A DNA stretch of 64,000 nucleotides from Mobula hypostoma (lineage: Eukaryota): positions 17,052,001 through 17,116,000 of the forward strand of contig NC_086109.1 in the NCBI RefSeq assembly GCF_963921235.1. The letters are read 5' to 3'. Below are positions 25,316-37,904 of the stretch, piece by piece. A program made the position numbers and the translations under genes. Position 1 is the stretch's first letter. Every line of letters begins with the position of its first letter. The notes beneath the pieces are model-generated. The model saw nothing but the letters and a program-made list of their open reading frames with translations, had not been told where the DNA came from and made no database searches.

Positions 25316-27128
25316 GGCCCTAGATCTAGATTCTCCTGCCTGAAGATTTAACCTCTCAGCACCTAGTCTGAAAATACACCTCAGAGTCTGTCACCGTGCA
25401 ATCAATTCTCTTGTGAAATTCAGGTTAATATACACAAATCTTACAAAGTCTCTCCTCACAGCTCAAAACTTTATCTTGGGGAACAATTTAATAACTCTGC
25501 ACAAACCCTATTGCAAGTATATCCACCTCTAGGCTATGAAGTGCTGGAGAAACATGGGGATGGATGGAAGAGTTAGAAGATGACAACAAAAATAATTTTA
25601 AATCCAAGGCTAATTTAAATTTTCTCCAGCAAAGATCAGTGCATACAAAGATTGTAATATCTATCAGAGATTTGACAGTTTTTTTTTAAATATTAAGGGA
25701 ATCAAAGGACTTGGGATTAATGCAGGAAATTGTGCTAAGATAGGTTAAAAAAAAAAATTCAACCACGATCTTACTAAGTAGGCACAAGGGTTCAGGTGTA
25801 CATCTAAGTAGCAGAGACTTGGTTGCAATGGATTGGTGCAAGGTCTTATGAAGATGTCAAGACCAGAAAATCACTGCTTTGAGGGAAGATTAGAAGAGCA
25901 AGAAAGTTCTCTTTGTAAAAGAGGGGAGGATTTAATTAAGGGGTACATAATTATGAAGAGATAGAAAGAACCAACTTTCCTTAACAGAGGTTGAAAGCTC
26001 TGGGCACAGATCTACAGTAAATGATAGGATTCTATGGGAGATAATTTTCAAGGAGAATTTCCAGTGATCTGGATGTCACTGTGTGTAAAGCTAGAAGAAA
26101 CCATCATTTAGATGTGTACTTGAACAGCCATGAGCTCCAGGACCAGAGATCAAATGCTGGAATCTTTGCACCATTCTGTTGTTTTGCACTCGCTGTATAT
26201 ATTCTTACCATGTACACTGCTTACTCTGCAAGCTTCATATAAACAAGGAATTTCTTTGCATCCTAATGTGACAATCAATTAATCTGAATCTGATGAGGCT
26301 GGATAACTCTTTTCAGACTGGCATGGTGGGCTAAATGTCTTCCTTATGCCTCATAAATTTCCAATGATTCTAGGATGTCAGGGGGTCAACATGAAGCCAG
26401 CTACAAGCGTATTTATTTACTGGGTGGTACGTAGCATGCCGCTAACCACTACGCTGCCATGGTGCTACTGTATGCTGCGATACACAACTCCAAAGTGTAA
26501 CATAATGACCAAAGAAGCTAAAGAAGTGCAGAAACAAGCAAATGTAACTGAGGTGAAAAGGTGGGTTAAAAGATAATGCAGAAAATTAATCTAGGACTCA
26601 ATGATTGCATGCAGGTTGCAGCATGTTTCGTTGAGTGTTAGTCAATTACCAGAGTGGTAGAGCTGCTAGCTAGGGACCAATGACAATCAGCTCTACCATT
26701 CCCAGCAATCTGCATTACTGATTCTATTACCATCAAGGCAGACACCATCACCACATGATCAGGAAAAATCTAGTGCTTGGAACCCCACATCCAAAGTCAC
26801 TTGTTCCTCCCAAACACCCAACACTTAACATATAATTTCACTTTATGCTCACGATATTCAGAATTATCCAATTATTATGAAACATTTCAAGACAATGCCA
26901 TCTTAAACTCAAATACAACACTATAAATACGGTCCTCTCTTTAGATGATGCCTGACCTCAAGCATTCAGTGTCTGTTAGTCTGGATTTCCAGCATCCGCA
27001 GAATCATTTCTGTTTATGATTACAAATACAGTTAATGTAACCTGTTATCTATCTTCAAGAGATTATGGAGTTCAATTCTGTAACTATATCTCCCCAATTA
27101 TGGCCCTGAGCTAAGGCACCAATCTCAC

Positions 27129-27234
27129 TTGCACGGGCTCAGGTGGAGGTCCATAAGGATTCTCTTCAGGGTCTTCCACTTCTGGTGATATTGGAAGGTA
27201 GAGCAAGGCTTTGCAATCCTCAAATTCTTCATCG
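27129..27234 (-). CDS. RBBP5: RBBP5 coding exon 12 (DEEFEDCKALLYLPISPEVEDPEENPYGPPPEPVQ)
   Basis: 106 nt, ttacag|C...CAA|gtgaga. Confidence 0.93.
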
Positions 27235-28374
27235 CTGTAATAAAACAAAGAATGCAATAAACAATACCACTGACGCTCTCAAACTTATAGTCTGCCTTAT
27301 TCAGTAAACAAAAATAGCAACTTTTTTTTCCAGCTGAGATTTCATATAAAATGCTGAAGGATGCCAGGAACATAGCTGTATATATATTTCTGTATATTGA
27401 TGTACACATCAAGAACAGAGTAATTCTGTATTGGAGGAATACTCAGTAGTACTTGTTGGATCAACACATTCTGATTTGTGTGTACTCAGTTGTAGGCTTC
27501 CTATCCTAAAAATGATCTCAAGGTTAATGCATACAATTTTTTTCAGCTTCTTGAAGTATTGCTTTCTAGCAGACAGTAGCTACCCTGAAACTACCTTTGC
27601 CAGATATTGGCAAATTAGAATATGAAGTGTAAATATTCCCAAGACGAATGTCATGGTAAGATATTCAGAAATAAGACATGATGGTGTGATCCTCCCTGGC
27701 TTGAACCATTTTGGACATATACATTCCCATTATTGCCACCCCATGATGCTCTAATCTAACAATTTAGTCCTATTGACTACCACATGATGTGATAACCTCC
27801 TATAAACTAGCTAGGTACATAATTGTGATGTACATCAAAGTTGCATGAATTTCTGGAAATCTGAAATAAAAACAGAAAATGATGGGAATACTCACCAGGT
27901 CTGGAGAGAGGAAATTTGTTAAAAATTTCAGATCATCAGATGCTGTCTGAACTGATGAGTAATTCCAGCATTTTCTGCCTTATCACAAGAATTTCAATGT
28001 AGATCAATAAGAGAAGAGTAATTTCGTATCAGAGGTACCACTTTTACTTCAGATGCAGAATATCAAGCAGCGTACATCCTGAAAGTCTCTGAACCATTAC
28101 AAAACCCGTGCACCTTCAACAACACAGCTGCAACAGTTGAAGAAAGGCAGCAGTTCACCATCAGCAGAATAAGCAATGAACCCTGGACTTCTCAACAACA
28201 GCTGTGTTTCAGGAATAAATATTTAATAACACATCAGACACACCGAAGAGATGGAAGAGGACAATTTGATGTTGAACCAATTATTGTCTGCAAGCTATAC
28301 AAGGGAATTTCCTAGCCTTAGAATGAAAGTTTGATGTGCCATACTATTCAACAGCAGACACTAAATTAAATTAC

Positions 28375-28444
28375 CTGCTACAAAATGCAGCAATAGGATC
28401 CACGGACGTCACATCAACTTCTTCATCCTCCGCTGCATCTCCGC
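28375..28444 (-). CDS. RBBP5: RBBP5 coding exon 11 (GDAAEDEEVDVTSVDPIAAFCS)
   Basis: 70 nt, tcctag|GC...AG|gtaatt; contains the WDR5-binding VDV motif. Confidence 0.97.
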
Positions 28445-29721
28445 CTAGGAAGAATTTCATAAAAGAAGAGGTAAAAATAAAAGAAAATTGATATTATAAG
28501 ATATCTGACATATGTTCTTAATCAAATAAAACAGATTATCACCACAAAAGATGGCGATAATAAACACGAAACAAAAATTGGCAATAAACACAAAACAAAA
28601 GCTGCCTGTCACAACTCAACACATTTTAATTTGACAAAATACTGAAAGAAACCTTCAATAAGTTTCATTGAAGTATTACTTTTGAAACCATTATTTAACT
28701 TCTATGGAGTGTTTCAAACCTGGTTTGTTTCCTAGAATGGTGCTGTATGCAGTCAGACGGTACATCAACAATTCCCCAATGCTTTTTTGGAAGTAAAGGG
28801 CAATGGACTCAAAACAGACATTCAGTTTGTTCTTAAATCCAAGCCAAAAGAATACCAAATGACAATTTTTTTTGAAAGGGAATTAACAGAAAAAATTTAT
28901 TCCACAATTTGAAATGTGATAAAGACAATCAAGTAGGCAAATCCACCAGAATGTGACAGCCCAGCTGAACTGTAGAATTGAGAAAATGCCCTAAAACATT
29001 TAAAGAGATTAGCTTTTTTATTACAAGTACAGCGAAACATCCAGCGTTTGCAACAAAAATCAGCTCACCCCAAGATGTGCTGGGGTAGCCCACAAATGTC
29101 ACAATGCTTCCTGCGCTAACAAAACTTACCAACCCTACCTTGTAAGTCTTTAGAATGCTGGAACACCCTGAGGAATTCCACGTGGTGGTGGAAAAGAAGT
29201 ACAAGCACCTTGCAGTCAGCAGCAGGGATTGAACTATGGTGTTAAGCATTAACTAACCACTGCACTACTGCGCTCCCCAAGTATAGTAAGAAGGAATTGA
29301 TTTGACCTTATACATTTGAAAATCAATCTTTTGAGTCACAGGGTAACCAAGAGTAGTTTCTCAATATGGACTACTAGAAAAGATCCATGGAAAAGTTCTG
29401 CCATATTGTGTATCTGCAAGGACTCAGTTAAAAGATCCTGGAACGTGCAGAAAATTGTTGAGGAGTTTATGTGGCCAAGCACTGCTACACTGGTCCCTTA
29501 CTGCAACCTCTGCTTCCATATCAGTAATTTCCTCTGAAGTAAAATTGAATTGAATGCCTGACTGCAATGTGTAATAAGAGGCATGGATGTTCACGCATGG
29601 ATGCCACATCATCTTTGAGTCTCAATACACCGGATTCATCACAGCACAGAAACACTAAATTTTTAGCAGTTCTAGCACATGAATTAATAGCCACTCTGCA
29701 AGACGTGACAGGCATCCTTAC

Positions 29722-29839
29722 CAGTCTGTTCCGGCTCACTCTTATCTTCATCTTCAATATCAAACTCTGATTCTCTCTCTTCATATTCAACATTCTCGTC
29801 TAACTCTTTGAAGTCTGGAGCAAAAGCACTCCAGTTTTC
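29722..29839 (-). CDS. RBBP5: RBBP5 coding exon 10 ([39 protein letters not shown])
   Basis: 118 nt, cttag|GAA...G|gtaagg; MLL/ASH2L-binding segment. Confidence 0.97.
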
Positions 29840-30849
29840 CTAAGAAGATACAACCAGATTAGGCAAACAGGCTTCACTCAGGATACGAAAAAACAAAGGT
29901 CTAAATCAAAAAGGCTTTTTTTGCTCAAACATAAGAAGGGGAAAAAAAAAGAAAGCATTCTCTCTATTGCTGATCATGGCAGTCTTTTAAACTGTGTGAA
30001 AGATTCACCTTACTTCTATTACCTTCGAACAAAATGTTATATTTATTCCCACTTCTCACTCCAATAACTGAATTGATTCCACAAACAACGGACTCACTTT
30101 CAACTTAGACAATACAACTCATGTTCTCAATATTTACTTTCCCCCTTTTTGTATTTGCATAATATGTCTGTTGGTTGTTTGTTAGTTTTGTTTATGCGCA
30201 GTTTTTCACTGATTTTATTGTGCTTCTTTGTATTTACTGTGGATGCCTGCAAGAAAATGAATTCCGGGATTATATATAGTGACATATATGTATTTGATAA
30301 TATATGTGGTTTGAACTTTTACAGGCTTGCTTTGTAGAATTTCCCCCAAGAACCAGATGATAAAACAGAGCAAAAAAAATGAGGGGGTAAGAAGTACAGC
30401 TCTTAAGACTGTAGAACTTGCTTAAAAGTCAATTTAGAGACAAATGACTGACATATCCTGCCATCCAAAACAAACTGTTCACTCAAAATCTGTCAGCCAT
30501 ACCTTCTGAACCAGACAACTATGAAGGAACAGGGGAAAAGATCTGTTCACTAGCCATGCTCTAACACCTCCTCATGGCTAGAACTGGCTGCTGGCTAGAT
30601 TTTCTTTTCTGGTCAATTCAGGAAATGAAAGATATGATCCGGAGTGCATTAACCTTTTTATTTATCATATTGAAATAATTTCCACATGTGTTTTTATTGT
30701 TCCCCTACTCCTGAAAACAGTGGTTCAGGCTGGGGTTCTTTGAAGCCTCCATTCATACATACCTTGTTCCAATGACCAAGCCTCACACTGAAACCTGGCC
30801 ACCGAGTATGGGAGGGCCACACATTTAGATCTTGAAACTTAATTGCTTT

Positions 30850-31225
30850 TGGGCCGGATGGTGGCGCAACAACATCGGCGCCGGACCCGGGAGCGGGGGT
30901 TCCCGGGTTCGAAACTAGTAAGGTCCGCCCCCGAGCGCGCTTTCCATCCGTGCCGGGTTGAGCGTTGAGACCGCAACTCGAAATACTGCAAAAATGTCTG
31001 TGTGAGAAGTGATGCGTCACACAGTCTCTCTCTCTCGCTCTGCGTCTTGGAAAAAGCCATGAAAAATCCATCATCACGGACGCACACACGGACATGCAGA
31101 CGCGCACGCCCACACACGCACGCACACACACGGACATGCAGACGCACACGTGCAGACGCGCACGCACACACACGCAGATGCAGACGCACAGACTCACACC
31201 CACGCAGGCACACGCCAAAAAAAAC
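30850..31225 (+). mobile_element. Young tRNA-derived SINE with minisatellite tail and 12-bp TSD
   Basis: Head with B box ggttcgaaac, CpG-rich body, (GCAGACGCACAC)-like tail and A-run; TSD cttaattgcttt at 30838-30849 and 31226-31237. Confidence 0.85.
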
Positions 31226-31316
31226 CTTAATTGCTTTCATTTAGCACAGGTCACCTGAATAAGGCACTATACAGACCCGATATCTTAAGAAATTAAAATG
31301 AGCCCTGGACACTTAC

Positions 31317-31388
31317 TACTTGATTCTGAGCCCAAATGGATACAACCCCACTGGATATTGAAGCTATGATCGGTCGCACAGGATGCCA
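31317..31388 (-). CDS. RBBP5: RBBP5 coding exon 9 (WHPVRPIIASISSGVVSIWAQNQV)
   Basis: 72 nt, tttag|TGG...GTA|gtaagt. Confidence 0.97.
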
Positions 31389-31724
31389 CTAAAAAAAAAA
31401 ATCAAAAAAAAAAGTAAAATATACAACTTTGACTGTAAACACACACAAATTTCAAAATAGATTATTTTAAAATAAATTACTCTTGAACTAAAAGGTCTCA
31501 AATATTTTAAATGCTGTACGATGGCAACTGACTGGTAGTTCACACTACCAGCCCGTTGCATAGTAGAGTTCTCAGAGGGCTTGAAATTTATGGTTTATGT
31601 ATTTTTAGCTGTGAAACCTTCCATAGGATTACTCAGGTGCTACTAAAAGTCTGGGCAGGAACTCTTTAAGTCCATTAGCTATTAAGACGACGACAACATG
31701 AACCATTCATGACTAGTTACTTAC

Positions 31725-31878
31725 CGCTACATCCAGCAGTAGTTCTCCCCGTGTGCCATGCAGGATCTTAACCAGGTTTCCTATGCTCTTCTCCCAGATG
31801 TAGAGGGCATGCTGCCGTGCTGATCCAGCACAGATGTACTCCCCGTCACCAGAGAAACAGCACTTTTTCCAAGGTGTT
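31725..31878 (-). CDS. RBBP5: RBBP5 coding exon 8 (TPWKKCCFSGDGEYICAGSARQH...LLDVA)
   Basis: 154 nt, inside ORF 31713..31898; tcacag|A...GCG|gtaagt. Confidence 0.97.
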
Positions 31879-32679
31879 CTGTGATTGAAATTAATCACCA
31901 GATCACATAAATTAGAAAGACCTTATCACAGAAGTGGAGCCCCTTTTCAGACTATTCAAGTACACACGTGTTGCTTCAAAGACAAAAGGTGAAGAAAGTT
32001 GGTGTTGCCTTCGCCATCCACTTCCTACATGCAGACGACTGAAGTGTTTTAAGCAAACCACAACATTGCCTGTTTTTTATTCCTTTGGTTATTAAACAAC
32101 TACTAGTTAAACAAATGGCATTGATTTCAGGCCTCACATCTCCAGGTTCAAGAACAGTTACTAACCCTAAACCACCAGGCTCTTGAACAAAAGAGGATAA
32201 CTACACTCACTTACCCATCCATTGTGATATTCCCACAATCAATTTATATTTGCATTTGCACAGTTTGCTGCCTTCTGCACTCTGGTTGATCTCTCATTGA
32301 TCCTGTTATAGTTACTATTCTATAGATTTGCTGAGTATGCCCAAAGGAAAAATGAATCTCAGGGTTATATGTGGTGACATACATGTACTCTGATAATAAA
32401 ATTTACCTTGAACTTTGGACGGTGTGGGCAAAGTATCTGAGAAGTTAATACAGAAAAATAAAATTTGTCCATTCTTATTGATAATTTTTGAACAATAATA
32501 ACAAATTAAATTGAATGCCTGTCGTCAGATATTCAAATCAATTTTAAACTTGAGCATTATGAACATAAGTACGTGCTGCTGAAAACAGCTGACCTCACAT
32601 CTGTGTTTGTAGCAAACATAACCACTTTGTTATACAACCAGCTGTTCAGAAATTGTTTCACAATTGTGAATTTCATTAC

Positions 32680-32799
32680 CTGTTCACCAGGTCCTGCAGC
32701 TTCTGCATGGGTTCAGGCTCGCCATCCCGCCCACAGGTCAGAATTTCCCTACCATCGTACACTCGAATGATTCTGTCTGCTGTGTTGATTAGGAAACAG
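32680..32799 (-). CDS. RBBP5: RBBP5 coding exon 7 (CFLINTADRIIRVYD...QDLVN)
   Basis: 120 nt, ttgacag|C...AG|gtaatg. Confidence 0.97.
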
Positions 32800-32999
32800 C
32801 TGTCAAGAAGGAAAATAGTTCAATGAAAGTCAATACACCATCACACTGACGAAAGGAAGAATTAACTACGTGAGCAAATACACTGAGACATTCACCTTAA
32901 CATTGCTGAGCTGTACAAGGTGTTTAAATACAAACCAAAATGTACATAGTAAAGTCTACTGGCTATAATTTCAGGGAGGAAAAATAGAGTTTAAAACCC

Positions 33000-33140
33000 T
33001 AAGCACAAGAGATTCTGCAGGTGCTGGAGATCCCGAGTAACACACAAAAAAACTGAAGGAACTCAGCAGTATGAAGAGGAATGAACTGTCGACATTTTGG
33101 GCCAAAACCCTGCATCAGAACTAGAAAGGAAGGGGGAAGG
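33000..33140 (-). mobile_element. Penelope-derived 3' unit with degenerate hammerhead
   Basis: Reverse complement reads ctgatgcagggttttggcccaaaatgtcgacag. Confidence 0.7.
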
Positions 33141-33894
33141 CGGCCTGGTTATTAAATGTTTTGAAGGGGAGAAGTCTATTTTACTCCAGTTCTGTTCATT
33201 AGATCAGACCAAATTATGTTTTCCAACACAAATCTTTGAGGAATACAGTCTGATTTTTTTCCAGCTTTTATAAAACTGGGAGAATAATGCTTCATTCATC
33301 CATAGCCAAGCCATGCATCATATTCGAAGTAAGTACATCAACATTCCTTCACAGTTGCTGGGTCAAAATCCTGGAATTCCCTCTCTAACAACATTGAATA
33401 ACTCAAGGACTGCAGAAGTTCAAGGCAACTCATCCACACCCTTTCAAGGGCAATTAGGGATAGGCAATTAAATGCTGGCTCAGCCTGTGAAGCCCACAAC
33501 CCTGCAATGAATTCAACAAATCTGATGAGGAATGTGCATGGACAGATACCAGGAATCAGCCTACTGGTGTTTCTGTAATTGCAGCCAATGCATCATGAAG
33601 GCTCAGAACAGCAGCCAATGGCTTGAGATGCCAGAGGATACCTGGTATTAGACAGTATGCTCTCAAGGAATCAATTAATTTAGACAAAGAGAAAGAAACA
33701 CTTCTGAAGCAAAAAGGAAAACATGAAAGTTTAATAGCTTCCAAATATAATTATAGTAGTGAGTTTTCTGTGGAACTCAATTCTCTCATTGGCCAATCAC
33801 TGACCACAAGGTTTTGCACAATTGACAAATATGCACCACTGAAACAGAAGTTCTCTCCAAAACAATAAAATCTGAGAAACACTGAAGTTCTCAC

Positions 33895-34004
33895 CTGCCT
33901 TTCCTTGCAAATTCGATGGACTTTATAGCGGTGGTATTGCTGGTACCTGTTGTGACTCGGAACGAAGCCACCAGCTCTTGTGTATCAGTCTTTAATACCA
34001 AAAT
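33895..34004 (-). CDS. RBBP5: RBBP5 coding exon 6 (ILVLKTDTQELVASFRVTTGTSNTTAIKSIEFARKG)
   Basis: 110 nt, ttttcag|ATT...AG|gtgaga. Confidence 0.97.
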
Positions 34005-34589
34005 CTGAAAATGAAAGCTGCAATTTAGCATTATCAACACACAGGAAGTTAAGTTGCCGGTTAGAATACTCTATGTAACGGAGTTATTTTTCACCACTGG
34101 TAAATTTGCAAATGATAAAATTAAAATTGTAAATGCATACCAGACCACTGAGAAGACAAAATAAATCTATACCCAGAAAATGACCACACATAAAACATTA
34201 ACAGCTTGGAGAAGCTCATCAGGTTAGCAGTTTAAAAATATCCTTGGGCTTGATTGTTAATCCATGCCTACCAAGCTAACCTATCCAAGTGGAATAATAA
34301 GGTCATTACGGCTGACATCAGCGTTCATCGAGTTGGAAATTTAAAAGCTTTAAACAGGCCTTTTAGTTCTGACCATTACTGGCATCTATTTGGGAACGTC
34401 CAAAAGGAAGATCAGAATTAGATGTGCTCATCTCTCTTTCCTTCTTCCTCATTGATAGACATGATTTCTCACTGCCAGCCTCTGAGGAGCAGGATGTTAA
34501 GGGGCAGGTCACATGATCGTTATCTACATCTGCGAAATTGTTCCCCAGATATCAGAAAGAGGGCAAAGAATAGGCAAGAGGTGGATCCT

Positions 34590-35215
34590 TTGTCAGAGGA
34601 TAGGCTGAGCACCTTCACTCCATCCACAATAGGCAAGATTTCCCAGGGCCACCCCTTTTATTTCTACTTCCCAATCCAACTCGGTCTACCGCCACACACA
34701 CGTTGGAAGAGCAACACCTCATATTACATCTGGGCAGCCTCCAACCTGATGACACAAATATTGATTTCTCCAACTACTGGGAACTTTTCCTCCATTCCTC
34801 CCGCCCACCCCCGCCCCTTTTTGCACTTTCCATTCTGGCTCCCCTCTTACCGGTTTGCTTGTCCTCACCTGCCTATCGTCCCTCCTCTGGTGCCCCTCTA
34901 CCTTCCCCTTCTCCCATGGTCCACTCTCCTCTCCTTCCAGATTCCTTCTTCAGCCCTTTACTTTTTCCACCCATCACCATCCAGCTTCTCACTTCATCTC
35001 CCTCCTTGCTCCCTCACTGGTTTCACCCTTCACCTGCCTGCTTGTATTCCAACCAGCGTTCCTTCTCCTCCCCCACCTCCCTATTCTGGCTTCTTCCCTT
35101 TCCTTTCCAGTTCTGATGAAGGGTCTCTGCCCAAGATGCTGCCTGTCCTGCTCAGTTCCTCTAGCACTTAGTGTGTGTTTCTCTGGATTTCCAGGATCTG
35201 CAGAATCTCTTGGCT
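34590..35215 (+). mobile_element. Penelope-like element 3' remnant
   Basis: LEEQHLILHLGSLQPDDTNIDFSN (PLE GIY-YIG C-terminus), pyrimidine-rich UTR, degenerate hammerhead ctgatgaagggtctctgccc at 35113. Confidence 0.75.
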
Positions 35216-35488
35216 TTAGAATAGGCAAATCTCCCTCTCCAATGCTGTGAAAAGACTAATAGATAAAGCCAGAGGAGACAGGTTAGGAACTTTGAAATTT
35301 GGTTCTTAGATGGTTTATCAGAATGAACCATAGAAGCTAACAGATAATTAGATAAATTTTACTTTTAGAAGATTACTATTAAAGAAAATTAAGTTTTACT
35401 TGTATAATTACACAATTACTAGTACATCTCTCCTAAAGAATCTGTAAGAATAAGATCAAAAATTAACAAACTTTCTTGTAATACTCAC

Positions 35489-35651
35489 CTTTCCCTTGGC
35501 ATTCCCTGTGTAAATATATTCTCCTCGTCGGTCAAAAGATGCCACAACATTAAGATCTGAATCATCGTCTACAGGTAGAACTACATGCTTGGAATCAGAG
35601 AGAGTTAGCAACACTGGCGCACACTTCATCGGACAGACAAGGACTCTGTTC
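35489..35651 (-). CDS. RBBP5: RBBP5 coding exon 5 (NRVLVCPMK...YTGNAKGK)
   Basis: 163 nt, aatag|G...AAG|gtgagt. Confidence 0.97.
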
Positions 35652-35683
35652 CTATTGGTGCAAATATAAAAATCAGAAAATTA

Positions 35684-35846
35684 GACACAAGAGATTCTGC
35701 AGGTGCTGGAGGTCCAGAGCAACTCACACAAAATGCCGGACAAACTCAATGGGCTGATGAGGTGCCTCTGCCCGAAATGTTGACTGCTTATTCCCCTCCA
35801 TAGATGCTGCCTGACCTGCTGAGTTCCTCTAGCATTTTATGTGTTG
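35684..35846. mobile_element. Penelope-derived inverted element with hammerhead core at 35754-35786
   Basis: ctgatga-ggtgcctctgccc-gaaa-tgtt-gactg between inverted arms. Confidence 0.7.
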
Positions 35847-36739
35847 TAATAATTCAGAAACAACCCATTTTTAATCACATTGTAATAACCCAAAATGGTT
35901 CTCAGAACCCAATAAAGTATTTCAAACTCAAAGATCATATATTCAGACTATTGGTATCAAGGGTTATCACCGACTGGGAACACACCAATTAGCTATTAAC
36001 CCTGCTTCAAAACTGTTAGGGCATATTCTGGAGTTACAGTATATAGCAAATATTAATTTCAACAGTAACCAGTCTTCAATCTGAATGTGGGTTGTAGTTT
36101 GAATTTAAAATGCAGCTCTGAACAATGGTCTTCCTGGAGCTGCAGATTGGGGCTGATTGCAAACCAGCAAACACCCATTCACTTGAGATGTCTGCATATG
36201 CATGAATGCAGCTAGAGAGAATGCTGATTAACATTCAATCTAGGGTACTGGAATATGGGTGTGAAGATTTAGGTGTTTGAAAATTATACGCAACTTAAAT
36301 GAAGCATTGTCAACCCAAAGTATTGAAGTAAACAATGCCATTGTAACCACTGAAACTATACTGAATTACCATTGATCTTAAGGATATAAAAATATGATGT
36401 ACTCTGAGTCTAGGAAGCCTCTTCTTCCAAGAGTGTCTCAAGTGTGCTGAATAAATCACCAGCATCAGTGTCTCCTGGTAACTTTGTTCACAGTCACAAC
36501 AATAACCATTATTTTAACTTTATGGATGCTAGTGTTGGGAATGTTGTCCAAACTTATCTGTGATGTTTTTTACTTGGCCTATCATATCCCCAATGCCATT
36601 AATCACTCCACCCTCTTCTTTATATTTTAACCCCTGCCACTGTTCGGCTTCTGGAATTGCTTTAAGCATCTGATCTTCCAGTTCTAAAAAAAATGGAAAG
36701 GTTCCCCTCTGCCTTTCAAATTCAAAGAACTTCAAAACA

Positions 36740-37145
36740 TTTTACAGCCAATTAAATACTGAAGTATTTGAATCCTGATGATGGGTCTCAGACCAAAATG
36801 TTTACTCTTTATTCCTCTCCATAGATGCTTCCTGACCTGCTGAGTTCCACCATTATTTTATGTGTGTAACTCAAAATACTTCAGTTATTGTTGTAATGTA
36901 GGAAATGCAGGAAGCAATGTTTACACTAAGCTCCCACTAAGTGATAATGACTAGATAATCTGTTTTGATAGAAATGTCAACTGAGGGATAAATACATTCA
37001 TCAGGTTACTCCCTCTCCTGTTTTCCTCACATTAGTGCTTTAAGATCTTCCATGTCCATGGTCTGGACCAGGACTTGGTATGATGTTTAGTAATCCAAAA
37101 GGCAGCAACTGAACAGTGAAACATTTCCTCACTACTGCCCAGCAG
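36740..37145 (-). mobile_element. Deu-domain SINE (SacSINE1/AmnSINE1-like), interrupted by a Penelope unit at 36772-36870
   Basis: Reverse complement resembles the Deu core gcagta.tgagg.a.tg...cactgt...g.tgcc..tttgga. Confidence 0.55.
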
Positions 37146-37559
37146 TAAAGATCTTGATATGCAAAACCATCATCAATCTGAAGGATTATCTGTATTGACT
37201 CTCTTAGCTGATATTCACTGACCTGTCAAGTGTTTCCAGTTTATCACTCAAGCTTCATTTGTAAATTTTTTTTGTCAATTTAGTTAGTATATTTGAATTC
37301 AAAAAACAACATCACTTCTTAGCCACTATTAGGACCTAATTGAACAATTTTAATAATGATGAGGATATCAAAAGCATCAGGTACACTTGAGATCAGCCAA
37401 ACAGGGGTGGATTTCCCTTTATAACAAATATGTTTTCGGTGACCTTTTTAAAAGCAGTTTCAATCTGTGACAGGGACAATAAACTAACAAAGAAACTCTT
37501 AAATAGGCGCATGGATAAAAGAAAAATGGAGGCTTATGGGGTTTTTTAAATTTTAACTC

Positions 37560-37820
37560 AAATACAGCGTGGAATAGGCCCTTCCAGACCTTCGAGCCAC
37601 TCTGCCCAGCAACTCCCCCCACCCCCCAATTTAATCCTAGCCTAATCATGGGCCAATTAACCAACCAACGTCTTTGGAAATGTGGGAGGAAGCAGAGCAC
37701 CAGAGGAAACCCACACAGTCATAGGGAGAGCGTGTTAACTCCTTACAGGCAGCAGCAGGAATTGAACCTGTGTCACCTGTACTATAAATCGTTGTGCTAA
37801 CCACTACGGTACCGTGCTAA
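37560..37820 (-). mobile_element. V-SINE (HE1-like) remnant; similar copies near 920-1140, 14450-14640, 42340-42710, 52500-52700, 53330-53575 and 57385-57900
   Basis: Recurrent tgtgggaggaaac(c/t)ggagcacccggaggaaacccac, the reverse complement of the V-domain. Confidence 0.7.
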
Positions 37821-37904
37821 GTAGAAGGGAAGGGTTAGATTGATGGTGGAGTAAGTTAAAAGGTTGGCACAACATCATGAGCCGAAGGACTGTACTCTGA
37901 TGTA

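Noticed and set aside
30694..31244. Overlapping Cys/Val- and His/Arg-rich ORFs of 80-174 aa
   Set aside because: Artefacts of the SINE's low-complexity (CA/GC) tail; no gene-like features
34422..35250. 249-aa and other Pro/Ser/Phe-rich ORFs
   Set aside because: Read-through of the pyrimidine-rich Penelope UTR; only a short GIY-YIG remnant is meaningful
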